From assembly GCA_964016885.1 (NCBI GenBank), contig OZ024742.1:13826001-13890000 (forward strand): a stretch of DNA of 64,000 bases, given 5' to 3'. The notes below the pieces were generated by a model. The model saw nothing but the letters and a program-made list of their open reading frames with translations. It did not search any database and was not told where the DNA came from. Positions 34,101 through 49,100 of this stretch are shown one piece after another (position 1 is the first letter of the stretch; the number at the start of each line of letters is the position of its first letter). The DNA is from Eledone cirrhosa. Lineage: Eukaryota. Made by a program: the position numbers and the translations under genes.

Positions 34101-37100
34101 CACCTGACCTAGTCTAGTTTCAATGTGAGACCTAACCCTAAAAGTGACCACCTGACCTAGTCTAGCCTCAATGTGAGATCTTCTAACCCTTGAAGTGACC
34201 ACCTGACCTAGTCTAGCCTCATTGTGAGACCTAATCCAAGAAGTGACCACCTGACCTAGTCTAGTCTCAATGTGAGACCTAACCCTAGAAGTGACCACCT
34301 GACCTAGTCTAGCCTCAATGTGAGACTTCTAACCCTAGAAGTGACAACCTGACCTAGTGTAAACTCAATGTGAAACCTAACCCAAGAAGTGACCACCTGA
34401 CCTACTTTAGCCTCAATGTGAGACCATCTATCCCTAGAAGTGACCACCTGACCTAGTCTAGGTTCGATGTGAGACCTAACCCTAGAAGTGACCACCTGAC
34501 CTAGTCTAGCCTCCAATGTGAGACCTTCTAACCCTAGAAGTGACCACCTGACCTAGTCTAGCCTCAATGTTAGACCTGACCCTAAAAGTGACCACCTGAC
34601 CTAGTCTAGCCTCAATGTGAGACCATCTAACCCTAGAAGTGACCACCTTACCTAGTCTAGCCTCAATGTGAGACCATCTAACCCTAGAAGTGACCACCTG
34701 ACCTAGTCTAGGTTCGATGTGAGACCTAACCCTAGAAGTGACCACCTGACCTAGTCTAGCCTCCAATGTGAGACCTTCTAACCCTAGAAGTGACCACCTG
34801 ACCTAGTCTAGCCTCAATGTTAGACCTAACCCTAGAAGTGACCACCTGACCTAGTCTAGCCTCAATGTGAGACCATCTAACCCTAGAAGTGACCACCTTA
34901 CCTAGTCTAGCCTCAATGTGAGACCATCTAACCCTAGAAGTGACCACCTTACCTAGTCTAGTCTCAATGTGAGACCTAACCCTAGAAGTGACCACCTGAC
35001 CTAGTCTAGCCTGAATGTGAGTCGATCTAACCCAAGAAGTCACCACCTGACCTAGTGTAACCTCAATGAGACCTTCTAACCCTAGAAGTGACCATCTGAC
35101 CTAGTCTAGCCTCAATGTGAGACCTAACCCTAGAAGTGACCACCTGACCTCGTCTATCCATAATGTGAGACTATCTAACCCAAGAAGTGACCACCTGACC
35201 TAGTCTAGCCTCAATGTGAGACTTCTAACCCAAGAAGTGACCACCTGACCTAGTGTAACCTCAATGTGAGACCCTCTAACCCTAGAAGTGACCACCTGAC
35301 CTAGTCTAGCCTCAATGTGAGACCTAAACCTAGAAGTGACCACCTGACCTAATCTAGCCTCAATGTGAGACCTAACCCTAGAAGTGACCACCTGACCTAG
35401 TCTAGCCTCAATGTGAGATCTTCTAACCCTTGAAGTGACCACCTGACCTAGTCTAGCCTCATTGTGAGACCTAACCCAAGAAGTGACCACCTGACCTAAT
35501 CTAACCTCAATGTGAGACCTTCTAACCTTAGCAGTGACCACCTGACTTAGTCTAACCTCAATGTGAGACCTAACCCTAGAAGTGACCACCTGACCTAGTC
35601 TAGCCTCAATGTGAGACTAACCCAAGAAGTGACAACCTGACCAGTCTAGCCTCAATGTGAGACTAGCTAAGCCAAGAAGTAACCACCTGATGTAGTGTAA
35701 CCTCAATGTGAGACCTAACCCTAGAAGTGACCACCTGATCTAGTCTAGCCTCAATCTGAGACCTAACCCTAGAAGTGACCACCTGACCTAGTTTAGCCTC
35801 AATGTGACACCTTCAAACCCTAGATGTGACCATCTGACCTACTTTAGCCTCAATGTGAGACCATCTAACCCTAGAAGTGACCACCTGACCTAGTCTAGGT
35901 TCGATGAGAGACCTAACCCTAGAAGTGACCACCTGACCTTGTCTAGCCTCCAATGTGAGACCTAACCCTAGAAGTGACCACCTGACCTCGTCTATCCATA
36001 ATGTGAGACTCTAACCCAAGAAGTGACCACCTGACCTAGTCTAGCCTCAATGTGAGACTTCTAACCCAAGAAGTGACCACCTGACCTAGTGTAACCTCAA
36101 TGTGAGACCCTCTAACCCTAGAAGTGACCACCTGACCTAGTCTAGCCTCAATGTGAGACCTAACCCTAGAAGTGACCACCTGACCTAATCTAGCCTCAAT
36201 GTGAGACCTAACCCTAGAAGTGACCACCTGACCTAGTCTAGCCTCAATGTGAGACTAACCCAAGAAGTGACAACCTGACCTAGTCTAGCCTCAATGTGAG
36301 ACTAGCTAACCCAAGAAGTAACCACCTGATGTAGTGTAACCTCAATGTGAGACCTAACCCTAGAAGTGACCACCTGACCTAGTCTAGCCTCAAATGAGAC
36401 CTAACCCAAGAAGTGACCACCTGACCTAGTGTAACCTCAATCTGAGACCTAACCCTAGAAGTGACCACCTGACCTAGTTTAGCCTCAATGTGACACCTTC
36501 AAACCCTAGAAGTGACCACCTGACCTACTTTAGCCTCAATGTGAGACCATCTAACCCTAGAAGTGACCACCTGACCTAGTCTAGGTTCGATGTGAGACCT
36601 AACCCTAGAAGTGACCACCTGACCTTGTCTAGCCTCCAATGTGAGACCTAACCCTAGAAGTGACCACCTGACCTAGTCTTGCCTCAATGTGAGACCATCT
36701 AACCCTAGAAGTGACCACCTGACCTAGTCTAGCCTCAATGTGAGACCATCTAACCCTAGAAGTGACCACCTTACCTAATCTAGTCTCAATGTGAGACCTA
36801 ACCCTAGAAGTGACCACCTGACCTAGTCTAGCCTCAATGTGAGACTTCTAACCCTAGAAGTGACAACCTGACCTAGTGTAAACTCAATGTGAAACCTAAC
36901 CCAAGAAGTGACCACCTGACCTAGTCTAGCCTCAATGTGAGACGATCTAACCCAAGAAGTGACCACCTGACCTAGTGTAACCTCAATGAGACCTTCTAAC
37001 CCTAGAAGTGACCATCTGACCTAGTCTAGCCTCAATGTGAGACCTAACCCTAGAAGTGACCACCTGACCTCGTCTATCCATAATGTGAGACTATCTAACC

Positions 37101-40100
37101 CAAAAAGTGACCACCTGACCTAGTCTAGCCTCAATGTGAGACTTCTAACACAAGAAGTGACCACGTGACCTAGTGTAACCTCAATGTGTGACCCTCTAAC
37201 CCTAGAAGTGACCACCTGACCTAGTCTAGCCTCAATCTGAGACCTAACCCTAGAAGTGACCACCTGACCTAGTCTAGCCTCAATGTGAGACCTAACCCTA
37301 GAAGTGACCACCTGACCTAGTCTAGCCTCAATGTGAGACCTAACCCTAGAAGTGACCACCTGACCTACTGTAAACTCAATGTGAGACCTATCCTAAGAAG
37401 TGACCACCTGACCTAGTCTAGCCTCAATGTGAGACCATCTAACCCAAGAAGTGACCACCTGACCTAGTGTAACCTCAATGAGAGACCTAACACTAGCAGT
37501 GACCACCTGACCTAGTCTAGCCTCCAATGTGAGACCTTCTAACCCTAGAAGTGACCACCTGACCTAGTCTAGCCTCAATGTGAGACCTAACCATAGAAGT
37601 GACCACCTGACCTAGTCTAGCCTCAATGTGAGACCTAAGCCTAGAACTGACCACTTGACCTAGTCTAGCCTCAATGTGAGACCTAGCCCTGGAAGTGACC
37701 ACCTGACCTAGTCTAGCCTCAATGTTAGACTATCTAACCCTAGAAGTGACCAGCTGACCTAGTCTAGCCTCAATGCGAGACTTCTAACCCTAGAAGTGAC
37801 CACCTGACCTAGTCTAGCCTCAATGTGAGACTAACCCAAGAAGTGACAACCTGACCTAGTCTAGCCTCAATGTGAGACTAGCTAACCCAAGAAGTAACCA
37901 CCTGATGTAGTGTAACCTCAATGTGAGACCTAACCCTAGAAGTGACCACCTGACCTAGTCTAGCCTCAATCTGAGACCTAACCCAAGAAGTGACCACCTG
38001 ACCTAGTGTAACCTCAATCTGAGACCTAACCCTAGAAGTGACCACCTGACCTAGTTTAGCCTCAATGTGACACCTTCAAACCCTAGAAGTGACCACCTGA
38101 CCTACTTTAGCCTCAATGTGAGACCGTCTAACCCTAGAAGTGACCACCTGACCTAGTCTATGTTCGATGTGAGACCTAACCCTAGAAGTGACCACCTGAC
38201 CTTGTCTAGCCTCCAATGTGAGACCTAACCCTAGAAGTGACCACCTGACCTAGTCTAGCCTCCAATGTGAGACCTTCTAACCCTAGAAGTGACCACCTGA
38301 CCTAGTCTAGCATCAATGTGAGACCTAACCCTAGAAGTGACCACCTGACCTAGTCTAGCCTCAATGTTAGCCCTAACCCTAGAAGTGACCACCTGACCTA
38401 GTCTAGTTTCAATGTGAGACCTAACCCTAAAAGTGACCACCTGACCTAGTCTAGCCTCAATGTGAGATCTTCTAATCCTTGAAGTGACCACCTGACCTAG
38501 TCTAGCCTCATTGTGAGACCTAATCCAAGAAGTGACCACCTGACCTAGTCTAGTCTCAATGTGAGACCTAACCCTAGAAGTGACCACCTGACCTAGTCTA
38601 GCCTCAATGTGAGACTTCTAACCCTAGAAGTGACAACCTGACCTAGTGTAAACTCAATGTGAAACCTAACCCAAGAAGTGACCACCTGACCTACTTTAGC
38701 CTCAATGTGAGACCATCTATCCCTAGAAGTGACCACCTGACCTAGTCTAGGTTCGATGTGAGACCTAACCCTAGAAGTGACCACCTGACCTAGTCTAGCC
38801 TCCAATGTGAGACCTTCTAACCCTAGAAGTGACCACCTGACCTAGTCTAGCCTCAATGTTAGACCTAACCCTAAAAGTGACCACCTGACCTAGTCTAGCC
38901 TCAATGTGACACCATCTAACCCTAGAAGTGACCACCTTACCTAGTCTAGTCTCAATGTGAGACCTAACCCTAGAAGTGACCACCTGACCTAGTCTAGCCT
39001 GAATGTGAGTCGATCTAACCCAAGAAGTCACCACCTGACCTAGTGTAACCTCAATGAGACCTTCTAACCCTAGAAGTGGCCATCTGACCTAGTCTAGCCT
39101 CAATGTGAGACCTAACCCTAGAAGTGACCACCTGACCTCGTCTATCCATAATGTGAGACTATCTAACCCAAGAAGTGACCACCTGACCTAGTCTAGCCTC
39201 AATGTGAGACTTCTAACCCAAGAAGTGACCACCTGACCTAGTGTAACCTCAATGTGAGACCCTCTAACCCTAGAAGTGACCACCTGGCCTAGTCTAGCCT
39301 CAATGTGAGACCTAACCCTAGAAGTGACCACCTGACCTAATCTAGCCTCAATGTGAGACCTATCCTAAGAAGTGACCACCTGACCTAGTCTAGCCTCAAT
39401 GTGAGACCATCTAACCCAAGAAGTGACCACCTGACCTAGTGTAACCTCAATGTGAGACCTAACACTAGCAGTGACCACCTGACCTAGTCTAGCCTCCAAT
39501 GTGAGACCTTCTAACCCTAGAAGTGACCACCTGACCTAGTCTAGCCTCAATGTGAGACCTAATCCTAGAAGTGACCACCTGACCTAGTCTAGCCTCAATG
39601 TAGACCTAACCCTAGAAGTGACCACCTGACCTAGTCTAGCCTCAATGTGAGACCTAACCATAGAAGTGACCACCTGACCTAGTCTAGCCTCAATGTGAGA
39701 CCTAAGCCTAGAACTGACCACTTGACCTAGTCTAGCCTCAATGTGAGACCTAGCCCTGGAAGTGACCACCTGACCTAGTCTAGCCTCAATGTTAGACTAT
39801 CTAACCCTAGAAGTGACCAGCTGACCTAGTCTAGCCTCAATGTGAGACTTCTAACCCTAGAAGTGACCACCTGACCTAGTCTAGCCTCAATGTGAGACTA
39901 ACCCAGGAAGTGACAACCTGACCTAGTCTAGCCTCAATGTGAGACTAACTAACCCAAGAAGTAACCACCTGATGTAGTGTAACCTCAATGTGAGACCTAA
40001 CCCTAGAAGTGACCACCTGACCTAGTCTAGCCTCAATCTGAGACCTAACCCAAGAAGTGACCACCTGACCTAGTGTAACCTCAATCTGAGACCTAACCCT

Positions 40101-43100
40101 AGAAGTGACCACCTGACCTAGTTTAGCCTCAATGTGACACCTTCAAACCCTAGAAGTGACCACCTGACCTACTTTAGCCTCAATGTGAGACCGTCTAACC
40201 CTAGAAGTGACCACCTGACCTAGTCTAGGTTCGATGTGAGACCTAACCCTAGAAGTGACCACCTTACCTTGTCTAGCCTCCAATGTGAGACCTAACCCTA
40301 GAAGTGACCACCTGACCTAGTCTAGCCTCCAATGTGAGACCTTCTAACCCTAGAAGTGACCACCTGACCTAGTCTAGCATCAATGTGAGACCTAACCCTA
40401 GAAGTGACCACCTGACCTAGTCTAGCCTCAATGTTAGCCCTAACCCTAGAAGTGACCACCTGACCTAGTCTAGTTTTAATGTGAGACCTAACCCTAAAAG
40501 TGACCACCTGACCTAGTCTAGCCTCAATGTGAGATCTAACCCTTGAAGTGACCACCTGACCTAGTCTAGCCTCATTGTGAGACCTAATCCAAGAAGTGAC
40601 CACCTGACCTAGTCTAGTCTCAATGTGAGACCTAACCCTAGAAGTGACCACCTGACCTAGTCTAGCCTCAATGTGAGACTTCTAACCCTAGAAGTGACAA
40701 CCTGACCTAGTGTAAACTCAATGTGAAACCTAACCCAAGAAGTGACCACCTGACCTACTTTAGCCTCAATGTGAGACCATCTATCCCTAGAAGTGACCAC
40801 CTGACCTAGTCTAGGTTCGATGTGAGACCTAACCCTAGAAGTGACCGCCTGACCTAGTCTAGCCTCCAATGTGAGACCTTCTAACCCTAGAAGTGACCAC
40901 CTGACCTAGTCTAGCCTCAATGTTAGACCTAACCCTAGAAGTGACCACCTGACCTAGTCTAGCCTCAATGTGAGACCATCTAACCCTAGAAGTGACCACC
41001 TTACCTAGTCTAGCCTCAATGTGAGACCATCTAACCCTAGAAGTGACCACCTTACCTAGTCTAGTCTCAATGTGAGACCTAACCCTAGAAGTGACCACCT
41101 GACCTAGTCTAGCCTGAATGTGAGTCGATCTAACCCAAGAAGTCACCACCTGACCTAGTGTAACCTCAATGAGACCTTCTAACCCTAGAAGTGACCATCT
41201 GACCTAGTCTAGCCTCAATGTGAGACCTAACCCTAGAAGTGACCACCTGACCTCGTCTATCCATAATGTGAGACTATCTAACCCAAGAAGTGACCACCTG
41301 ACCTAGTCTAGCCTCAATGTGAGACTTCTAACCCAAGAAGTGACCACCTGACCTAGTGTAACCTCAATGTGAGACCCTCTAACCCTAGAAGTGACCACCT
41401 GACCTAGTCTAGCCTCAATGTGAGACCTAAACCTAGAAGTGACCACCTGACCTAATCTAGCCTCAATGTGAGACCTAACCCTAGAAGTGACCACCTGACC
41501 TAGTCTAGCCTCAATGTGAGATCTTCTAACCCTTGAAGTGACCACCTGACCTAGTCTAGCCTCATTGTGAGACCTAACCCAAGAAGTGACCACCTGACCT
41601 AATCTAACCTCAATGTGAGACCTAACCTTAGCAGTGACCACCTGACTTAGTCTAGCCTCAATGTGAGACCTAACCCTAGAAGTGACCACCTGACCTAGTC
41701 TAGCCTCAATGTGAGACTAACCCAAGAAGTGACAACCTGACCTAGTCTAGCCTCAATGTGAGACTAGCTAAGCCAAGAAGTAACCACCTGATGTAGTGTA
41801 ACCTCAATGTGAGACCTAACCCTAGAAGTGACCACCTGATCTAGTCTAGCCTCAATCTGAGACCTAACCCTAGAAGTGACAACCTGACCTAGTTTAGCCT
41901 CAATGTGACACCTTCAAACCCTAGATGTGACCATCTGACCTACTTTAGCCTCAATGTGAGACCATCTAACCCTAGAAGTGACCACCTGACCTAGTCTAGG
42001 TTCGATGTGAGACCTAACCCTAGAAGTGACCACCTGACCTTGTCTAGCCTCCAATGTGAGACCTAACCCTAGAAGTGACCATCTGACCTCGTCTATCCAT
42101 AATGTGAGACTCTAACTCAAGAAGTGACCACCTGACCTAGTCTAGCCTCAATGTGAGACTTCTAACCCAAGAAGTGACCACCTGACCTAGTGTAACCTCA
42201 ATGTGAGACCCTCTAACCCTAGAAGTGACCACCTGACCTAGTCTAGCCTCAATGTGAGACCTAACCCTAGAAGTGACCACCTGACCTAATCTAGCCTCAA
42301 TGTGAGACCTAACCCTAGAAGTGACCACCTGACCTAGTCTAGCCTCAATGTGAGACTAACCCAAGAAGTGACAACCTGACCTAGTCTAGCCTCAATGTGA
42401 GACTAGCTAACCCAAGAAGTAACCACCTGATGTAGTGTAACCTCAATGTGAGACCTAACCCTAGAAGTGACCACCTGACCTAGTCTAGCCTCAAATGAGA
42501 CCTAACCCAAGAAGTGACCACCTGACCTAGTGTAACCTCAATCTGAGACCTAACCCTAGAAGTGACCACCTGACCTAGTTTAGCCTCAATGTGACACCTT
42601 CAAACCCTAGAAGTGACCACCTGACCTACTTTAGCCTCAATGTGAGACCATCTAACCCTAGAAGTGACCACCTGACCTAGTCTAGGTTCGACGTGAGACC
42701 TAACCCTAGAAGTGACCACCTGACCTTGTCTAGCCTCCAATGTGAGACCTAACCCTAGAAGTGACCACCTGACCTAGTCTTGCCTCAATGTGAGACCATC
42801 TAACCCTAGAAGTGACCACCTGACCTAGTCTAGCCTCAATGTGAGACCATCTAACCCTAGAAGTGACCACCTTAACTAATCTAGTCTCAATGTGAGACCT
42901 AACCCTAGAAGTGACCACCTGACCTAGTCTAGCCTCAATGTGAGACTTCTAACCCTAGAAGTGACAACCTGACCTAGTGTAAACTCAATGTGAAACCTAA
43001 CCCAAGAAGTGACCACCTGACCTAGTCTAGCCTCAATGTGAGACCTAACCCTAGAAGTGACCACCTAACCTAGTCTAGTTTCAATGTGAAACCTGACCCT

Positions 43101-46100
43101 AAAAGTGACCACCTGACCTAGTCTAGCCTCAATGTGAGACCATCTAACCCTAGAAGTGACCACCTTACCTAGTCTAGTCTCAATTTGAGACCTAACCCTA
43201 GAAGTGACCACCTGACCTAGTCTAGCCTCAATGTGAGACTTCTAACCCTAGAAGTGACAACCTGACCCAGTGTAAACTCAATGTGAAACCTAACCCAAGA
43301 AGTGACCACCTGACCTAGTCTAGCCTCAATGTGAGACGATCTAACCCAAGAAGTGACCACCTGACCTAGCGTAACCTCAATGAGACCTAACCCTAGAAGT
43401 GACCATCTGACCTAGTCTAGCCTCAATGTGAGACCTAACCCTAGAAGTGACCACCTGACCTCGTCTATCCATAATGTGAGACTATCTAACCCAAAAAGTG
43501 ACCACCTGACCTAGTCTAGCCTCAATGTGAGACTTCTAACCCAAGAAGTGACCTAGTGTAACCTCAATGTGTGACCCTCTAACCCTAGAAGTGACCACCT
43601 GACCTAGTCTAGCCTCAATCTGAGACCTAACCCTAGAAGTGACCACCTGACCTAGTCTAGCCTCAATGTGAGACCTAACCCTAGAAGTGACCACCTGACC
43701 TAGTCTAGCCTCAATGTGAGACCTAACCCTAGAAGTGACCACCTGACCTACTGTAAACTCAATGTGAGACCTATCCTAAGAAGTGACCACCTGACCTAGT
43801 CTAGCCTCAATGTGAGACCATCTAACCCAAGAAGTGACCACCTGACCTAGTGTAACCTCAATGTGAGACCTAACACTAGCAGTGACCACCTGACCTAGTC
43901 TAGCCTCCAATGTGAGACCTAACCCTAGAAGTGACCACCTGACCTAGTCTAGCCTCAATGTAGACCTAACCCTAGAAGTGACCACCTGACCTAGTCTAGC
44001 CTCAATGTGAGACCTAACCATAGAAGTGACCACCTGACCTAGTCTAGCCTCAATGTGAGACCTAAGCCTAGAACTGACCACTTGACCTAGTCTAGCCTCA
44101 ATGTGAGACCTAGCCCTGGAAGTGACCACCTGACCTAGTCTAGCCTCAATGTTAGACTATCTAACCCTAGAAGTGACCAGCTGACCTAGTCTAGCCTCAA
44201 TGTGAGACTTCTAACCCTAGAAGTGACCAGCTGACCTAGTCTAGCCTCAATGTGAGACTAACCCAAGAAGTGACAACCTGACCTAGTCTAGCCTCAATGT
44301 GAGACTAGCTAACCCAAGAAGTAACCACCTGATGTAGTGTAACCTCAATGTGAGACCTAACCCTAGAAGTGACCACCTGACCTAGTCTAGCCTCAATCTG
44401 AGACCTAACCCTATAAGTGACCACCTGACCTAGTCTAGCCTCAATGTGAGACCTAGCCCTAGAAGTGACCACCTGACCTAGTCTAGCCTCAATGTGAGAC
44501 CTAACCCTAGAAGTGACCACCTGACCTACTGTAAACTCAATGTGAGACCTATCCTAAGAAGTGACCACCTGACCTAGTCTAGCCTCAATGTGAGACCATC
44601 TAACCCAAGAAGTGACCACCTGACCTAGTGTAACCTCAATGTGAGACCTAACACTAGCAGTGACCACCTGACCTAGTCTAGCCTCCAATGTGAGACCTTC
44701 TAACCCTAGAAGTGACCACCTGACCTAGTCTAGCCTCAATGTAGACCTAACCCTAGAAGTGACCACCTGACCTAGTCTAGCCTCAATGTGAGACCTAACC
44801 ATAGAAGTGACCACCTGACCTAGTCTAGCCTCAATGTGAGACCTAAGCCTAGAACTGACCACTTGACCTAGTCTAGCCTCAATGTGAGACCTAGCCCTGG
44901 AAGTGACCACCTGACCTAGTCTAGCCTCAATGTTAGACTATCTAACCCTAGAAGTGACCAGCTGACCTAGTCTAGCCTCAATGTGAGACTTCTAACCCTA
45001 GAAGTGACCACCTGACCTAGTCTAGCCTCAATGTGAGACTAACCCAAGAAGTGACAACCTGACCTAGTCTAGCCTCAATGTGAGACTAGCTAACCCAAGA
45101 AGTAACCACCTGATGTAGTGTAACCTCAATGTGAGACCTAACCCTAGAAGTGACCACCTGACCTAGTCTAGTCTCAATGTGAGACCTGACCTAGTCTAGC
45201 CTCAATGTGAGACTTCTAACCCTAGAAGTGACAACCTGACCTAGTGTAAACCGAATGTGAAACCTAACCCAAGAAGTGACCACCTGACCTAGTCTAGCCT
45301 GAATATGAGACGATCTAACCCAAGTGACCACCTGACCTAGTGTAACCTCAATGAGACCTAACCCTAGAAGTGACCATCTGACCTAGTCTAGCCTCAATGA
45401 AACCTAACCCTAGAAGTGACCACCTGACCTAGTCTAGCCTCAATGTGAGATGATCTAACCTAAGAAGTGACCACCTGACCTAGTGTAACCTCAATGAGAC
45501 CTAACCCTAGAAGTGACCACCTGACCTAGTCTAGCCTCAATGTGAGATCTAACCTTAGCAGTGACCACCTGACCTAGTCTAGCCTCAATGTGAGACCTAA
45601 CCCTAGAAGTGACCACCTGACCTAGTCTAGCTTCAATGTGAGACCTAACCCTAGAAGTGACCACCTGACTTAGTCTAGCCTCAATGTGAGACCTAACCCT
45701 AGAAGTGACCACCTGACCTAGTCTAGCCTCAATGTGAGACTATCTAACCCAAGAAGTGACCACCTGACCTAGTCTAGCCTCAATTTGAGACTAGCTAACC
45801 CAAGAAGTGACCACCTGACGTAGTGTAACCTCAATGTGAGACCTAACCCTAGAAGTGACCACCTGACCTAGTCTAGCCTCAATCTGAGACCTAACCCTAG
45901 AAGTGACTACCTGACCTAGTTTAGCCTCAATGTGACACCTTCAAGCCCTAGAAGTAACCACCTGACCTACTTTAGCCTCAATGTGAGACCATCTAACCCT
46001 AGAAGTGACCACCTGACCTAGTCTAGCATCAATGTGAGACCTAACCCTAGAAGTGACCACCTGACCTAGTCTAGCCTCAATGTTAGCCCTAACCCTAGAA

Positions 46101-49100
46101 GTGACCACCTGACCTAGTCTAGTTTCAATGTGAGAGCTAACCCTAAAAGTGACCACCTGACCTAGTCTAGCCTCAATGTGAGATCTAACCCTTGAAGTGA
46201 CCACCTGACCTAGTCTAGCCTCATTGTGAGACCTAATCCAAGAAGTGACCACCTGACCTAGTCTAGTCTCAATGTGAGACCTAACCCTAGAAGTGACCAC
46301 CTGACCTAGTCTAGCCTCAATGTGAGACTTCTAACCCTAGAAGTGACAACCTGACCTAGTGTAAACTCAATGTGAAACCTAACCCAAGAAGTGACCACCT
46401 GACCTACTTTAGCCTCAATGTGAGACCATCTATCCCTAGAAGTGACCACCTGACCTAGTCTAGGTTCGATGTGAGACCTAACCCTAGAAGTGACCACCTG
46501 ACCTAGTCTAGCCTCCAATGTGAGACCTTCTAACCCTAGAAGTGACCACCTGACCTAGTCTAGCCTCAATGTTAGACCTAACCCTAGAAGTGACCACCTG
46601 ACCTAGTCTAGCCTCAATGTGAGACCATCTAACCCTAGAAGTGACCACCTTACCTAGTCTAGCCTCAATGTGAGACCATCTAACCCTAGAAGTGACCACC
46701 TTACCTAGTCTAGTCTCAATGTGAGACCTAACCCTAGAAGTGACCACCTGACCTATTCTAGCCTGAATGTGAGTCGATCTAACCCAAGAAGTCACCACCT
46801 GACCTAGTGTAACCTCAATGAGACCTTCTAACCCTAGAAGTGACCATCTGACCTAGTCTAGCCTCAATGTGAGACCTAACCCTAGAATTGACCACCTGAC
46901 CTCGTCTATCCATAATGTGAGACTATCTAACCCAAGAAGTGACCACCTGACCTAGTCTAGCCTCAATGTGAGACTTCTAACCCAAGAAGTGACCACCTGA
47001 CCTAGTGTAACCTCAATGTGAGACCCTCTAACCCTAGAAGTGACCACCTGACCTAGTCTAGCCTCAATGTGAGACCTAAACCTAGAAGTGACCACCTGAC
47101 CTAATCTAGCCTCAATGTGAGACCTAACCCTAGAAGTGACCACCTGACCTAGTCTAGCCTCAATGTGAGATCTTCTAACCCTTGAAGTGACCACCTGACC
47201 TAGTCTAGCCTCATTGTGAGACCTAACCCAAGAAGTGACCACCTGACCTAATCTAACCTCAATGTGAGACCTAACCTTAGCAGTGACCACCTGACTTAGT
47301 CTAGCCTCAATGTGAGACCTAACCCTAGAAGTGACCACCTGACCTAGTCTAGCCTCAATGTGAGACTAGCCCAAGAAGTGACAACCTGACCTAGTCTAGC
47401 CTCAATGTGAGACTAGCTAAGCCAAGAAGTAACCACCTGATGTAGTGTAACCTCAATGTGAGACCTAACCCTAGAAGTGACCACCTGATCTAGTCTAGCC
47501 TCAATCTGAGACCTAACCCTAGAAGTGACAACCTGACCTAGTTTAGCCTCAATGTGACACCTTCAAACCCTAGATGTGACCATCTGACCTACTTTAGCCT
47601 CAATGTGAGACCATCTAACCCTAGAAGTGACCACCTGACCTAGTCTAGGTTCGATGTGAGACCTAACCCTAGAAGTGACCACCTGACCTTGTCTAGCCTC
47701 CAATGTGAGACCTAACCCTAGAAGTGACCATCTGACCTCGTCTATCCATAATGTGAGACTCTAACCCAAGAAGTGGCCACCTGACCTAGTCTAGCCTCAA
47801 TGTGAGACTTCTAACCCAAGAAGTGACCACCTGACCTAGTGTAACCTCAATGTGAGACCCTCTAACCCTAGAAGTGACCACCTGACCTAGTCTAGCCTCA
47901 ATGTGAGACCTAACCCTAGAAGTGACCACCTGACCTAATCTAGCCTCAATGTGAGACCTAACCCTAGAAGTGACCACCTGACCTAGTCTAGCCTCAATGT
48001 GAGACTAACCCAAGAAGTAACCACCTGATGTAGTGTAACCTCAATGTGAGACCTAACCCTAGAAGTGACCACCTGACCTAGTCTAGCCTCAAATGAGACC
48101 TAACCCAAGAAGTGACCACCTGACCTAGTGTAACCTCAATCTGAGACCTAACCCTAGAAGTGACCACCTGACCTAGTTTAGCCTCAATGTGACACCTTCA
48201 AACCCTAGAAGTGACCACCTGACCTTGTCTAGCCTCCAATGTGAGACCTAACCCTAGAAGTGACCACCTGACCTAGTCTTGCCTCAATGTGAGACCATCT
48301 AACCCTAGAAGTGACCACCTGACCTAGTCTAGCCTCAATGTGAGACCATCTAACCCTAGAAGTGACCACCTTAACTAATCTAGTCTCAATGTGAGACCTA
48401 ACCCTAGAAGTAACCACCTGACCTAGTCTAGCCTCAATGTGAGACTTCTAACCCTAGAAGTGACAACCTGACCTAGTGTAAACTCAATGTGAAACCTAAC
48501 CCAAGGAGTGACCACCTGACCTAGTCTAGCCTCAATGTGAGACCTAACCCTAGAAGTGACCACCTAACCTAGTCTAGTTTCAATGTGAAACCTGACCCTA
48601 AAAGTGACCACCTGACCTAGTCTAGCCTCAATGTGAGACCATCTAACCCTAGAAGTGACCACCTTACCTAGTCTAGTCTCAATTTGAGACCTAACCCTAG
48701 AAGTGACCACCTGACCTAGTCTAGCCTCAATGTGAGACTTCTAACCCTAGAAGTGACAACCTGACCTAGTGTAAACTCAATGTGAAACCTAACCCAAGAA
48801 GTGACCACCTGACCTAGTCTAGCCTCAATGTGAGACGATCTAACCCAAGAAGTGACCACCTGACCTAGCGTAACCTCAATGAGACCTAACCCTAGAAGTG
48901 ACCATCTGACCTAGTCTAGCCTCAATGTGAGACCTAACCCTAGAAGTGACCACCTGACCTCGTCTATCCATAATGTGAGACTATCTAACCCAAAAAGTGA
49001 CCACCTGACCTAGTCTAGCCTCAATGTGAGACTTCTAACCCAAGAAGTGACCTAGTGTAACCTCAATGTGTGACCCTCTAACCCTAGAAGTGACCACCTG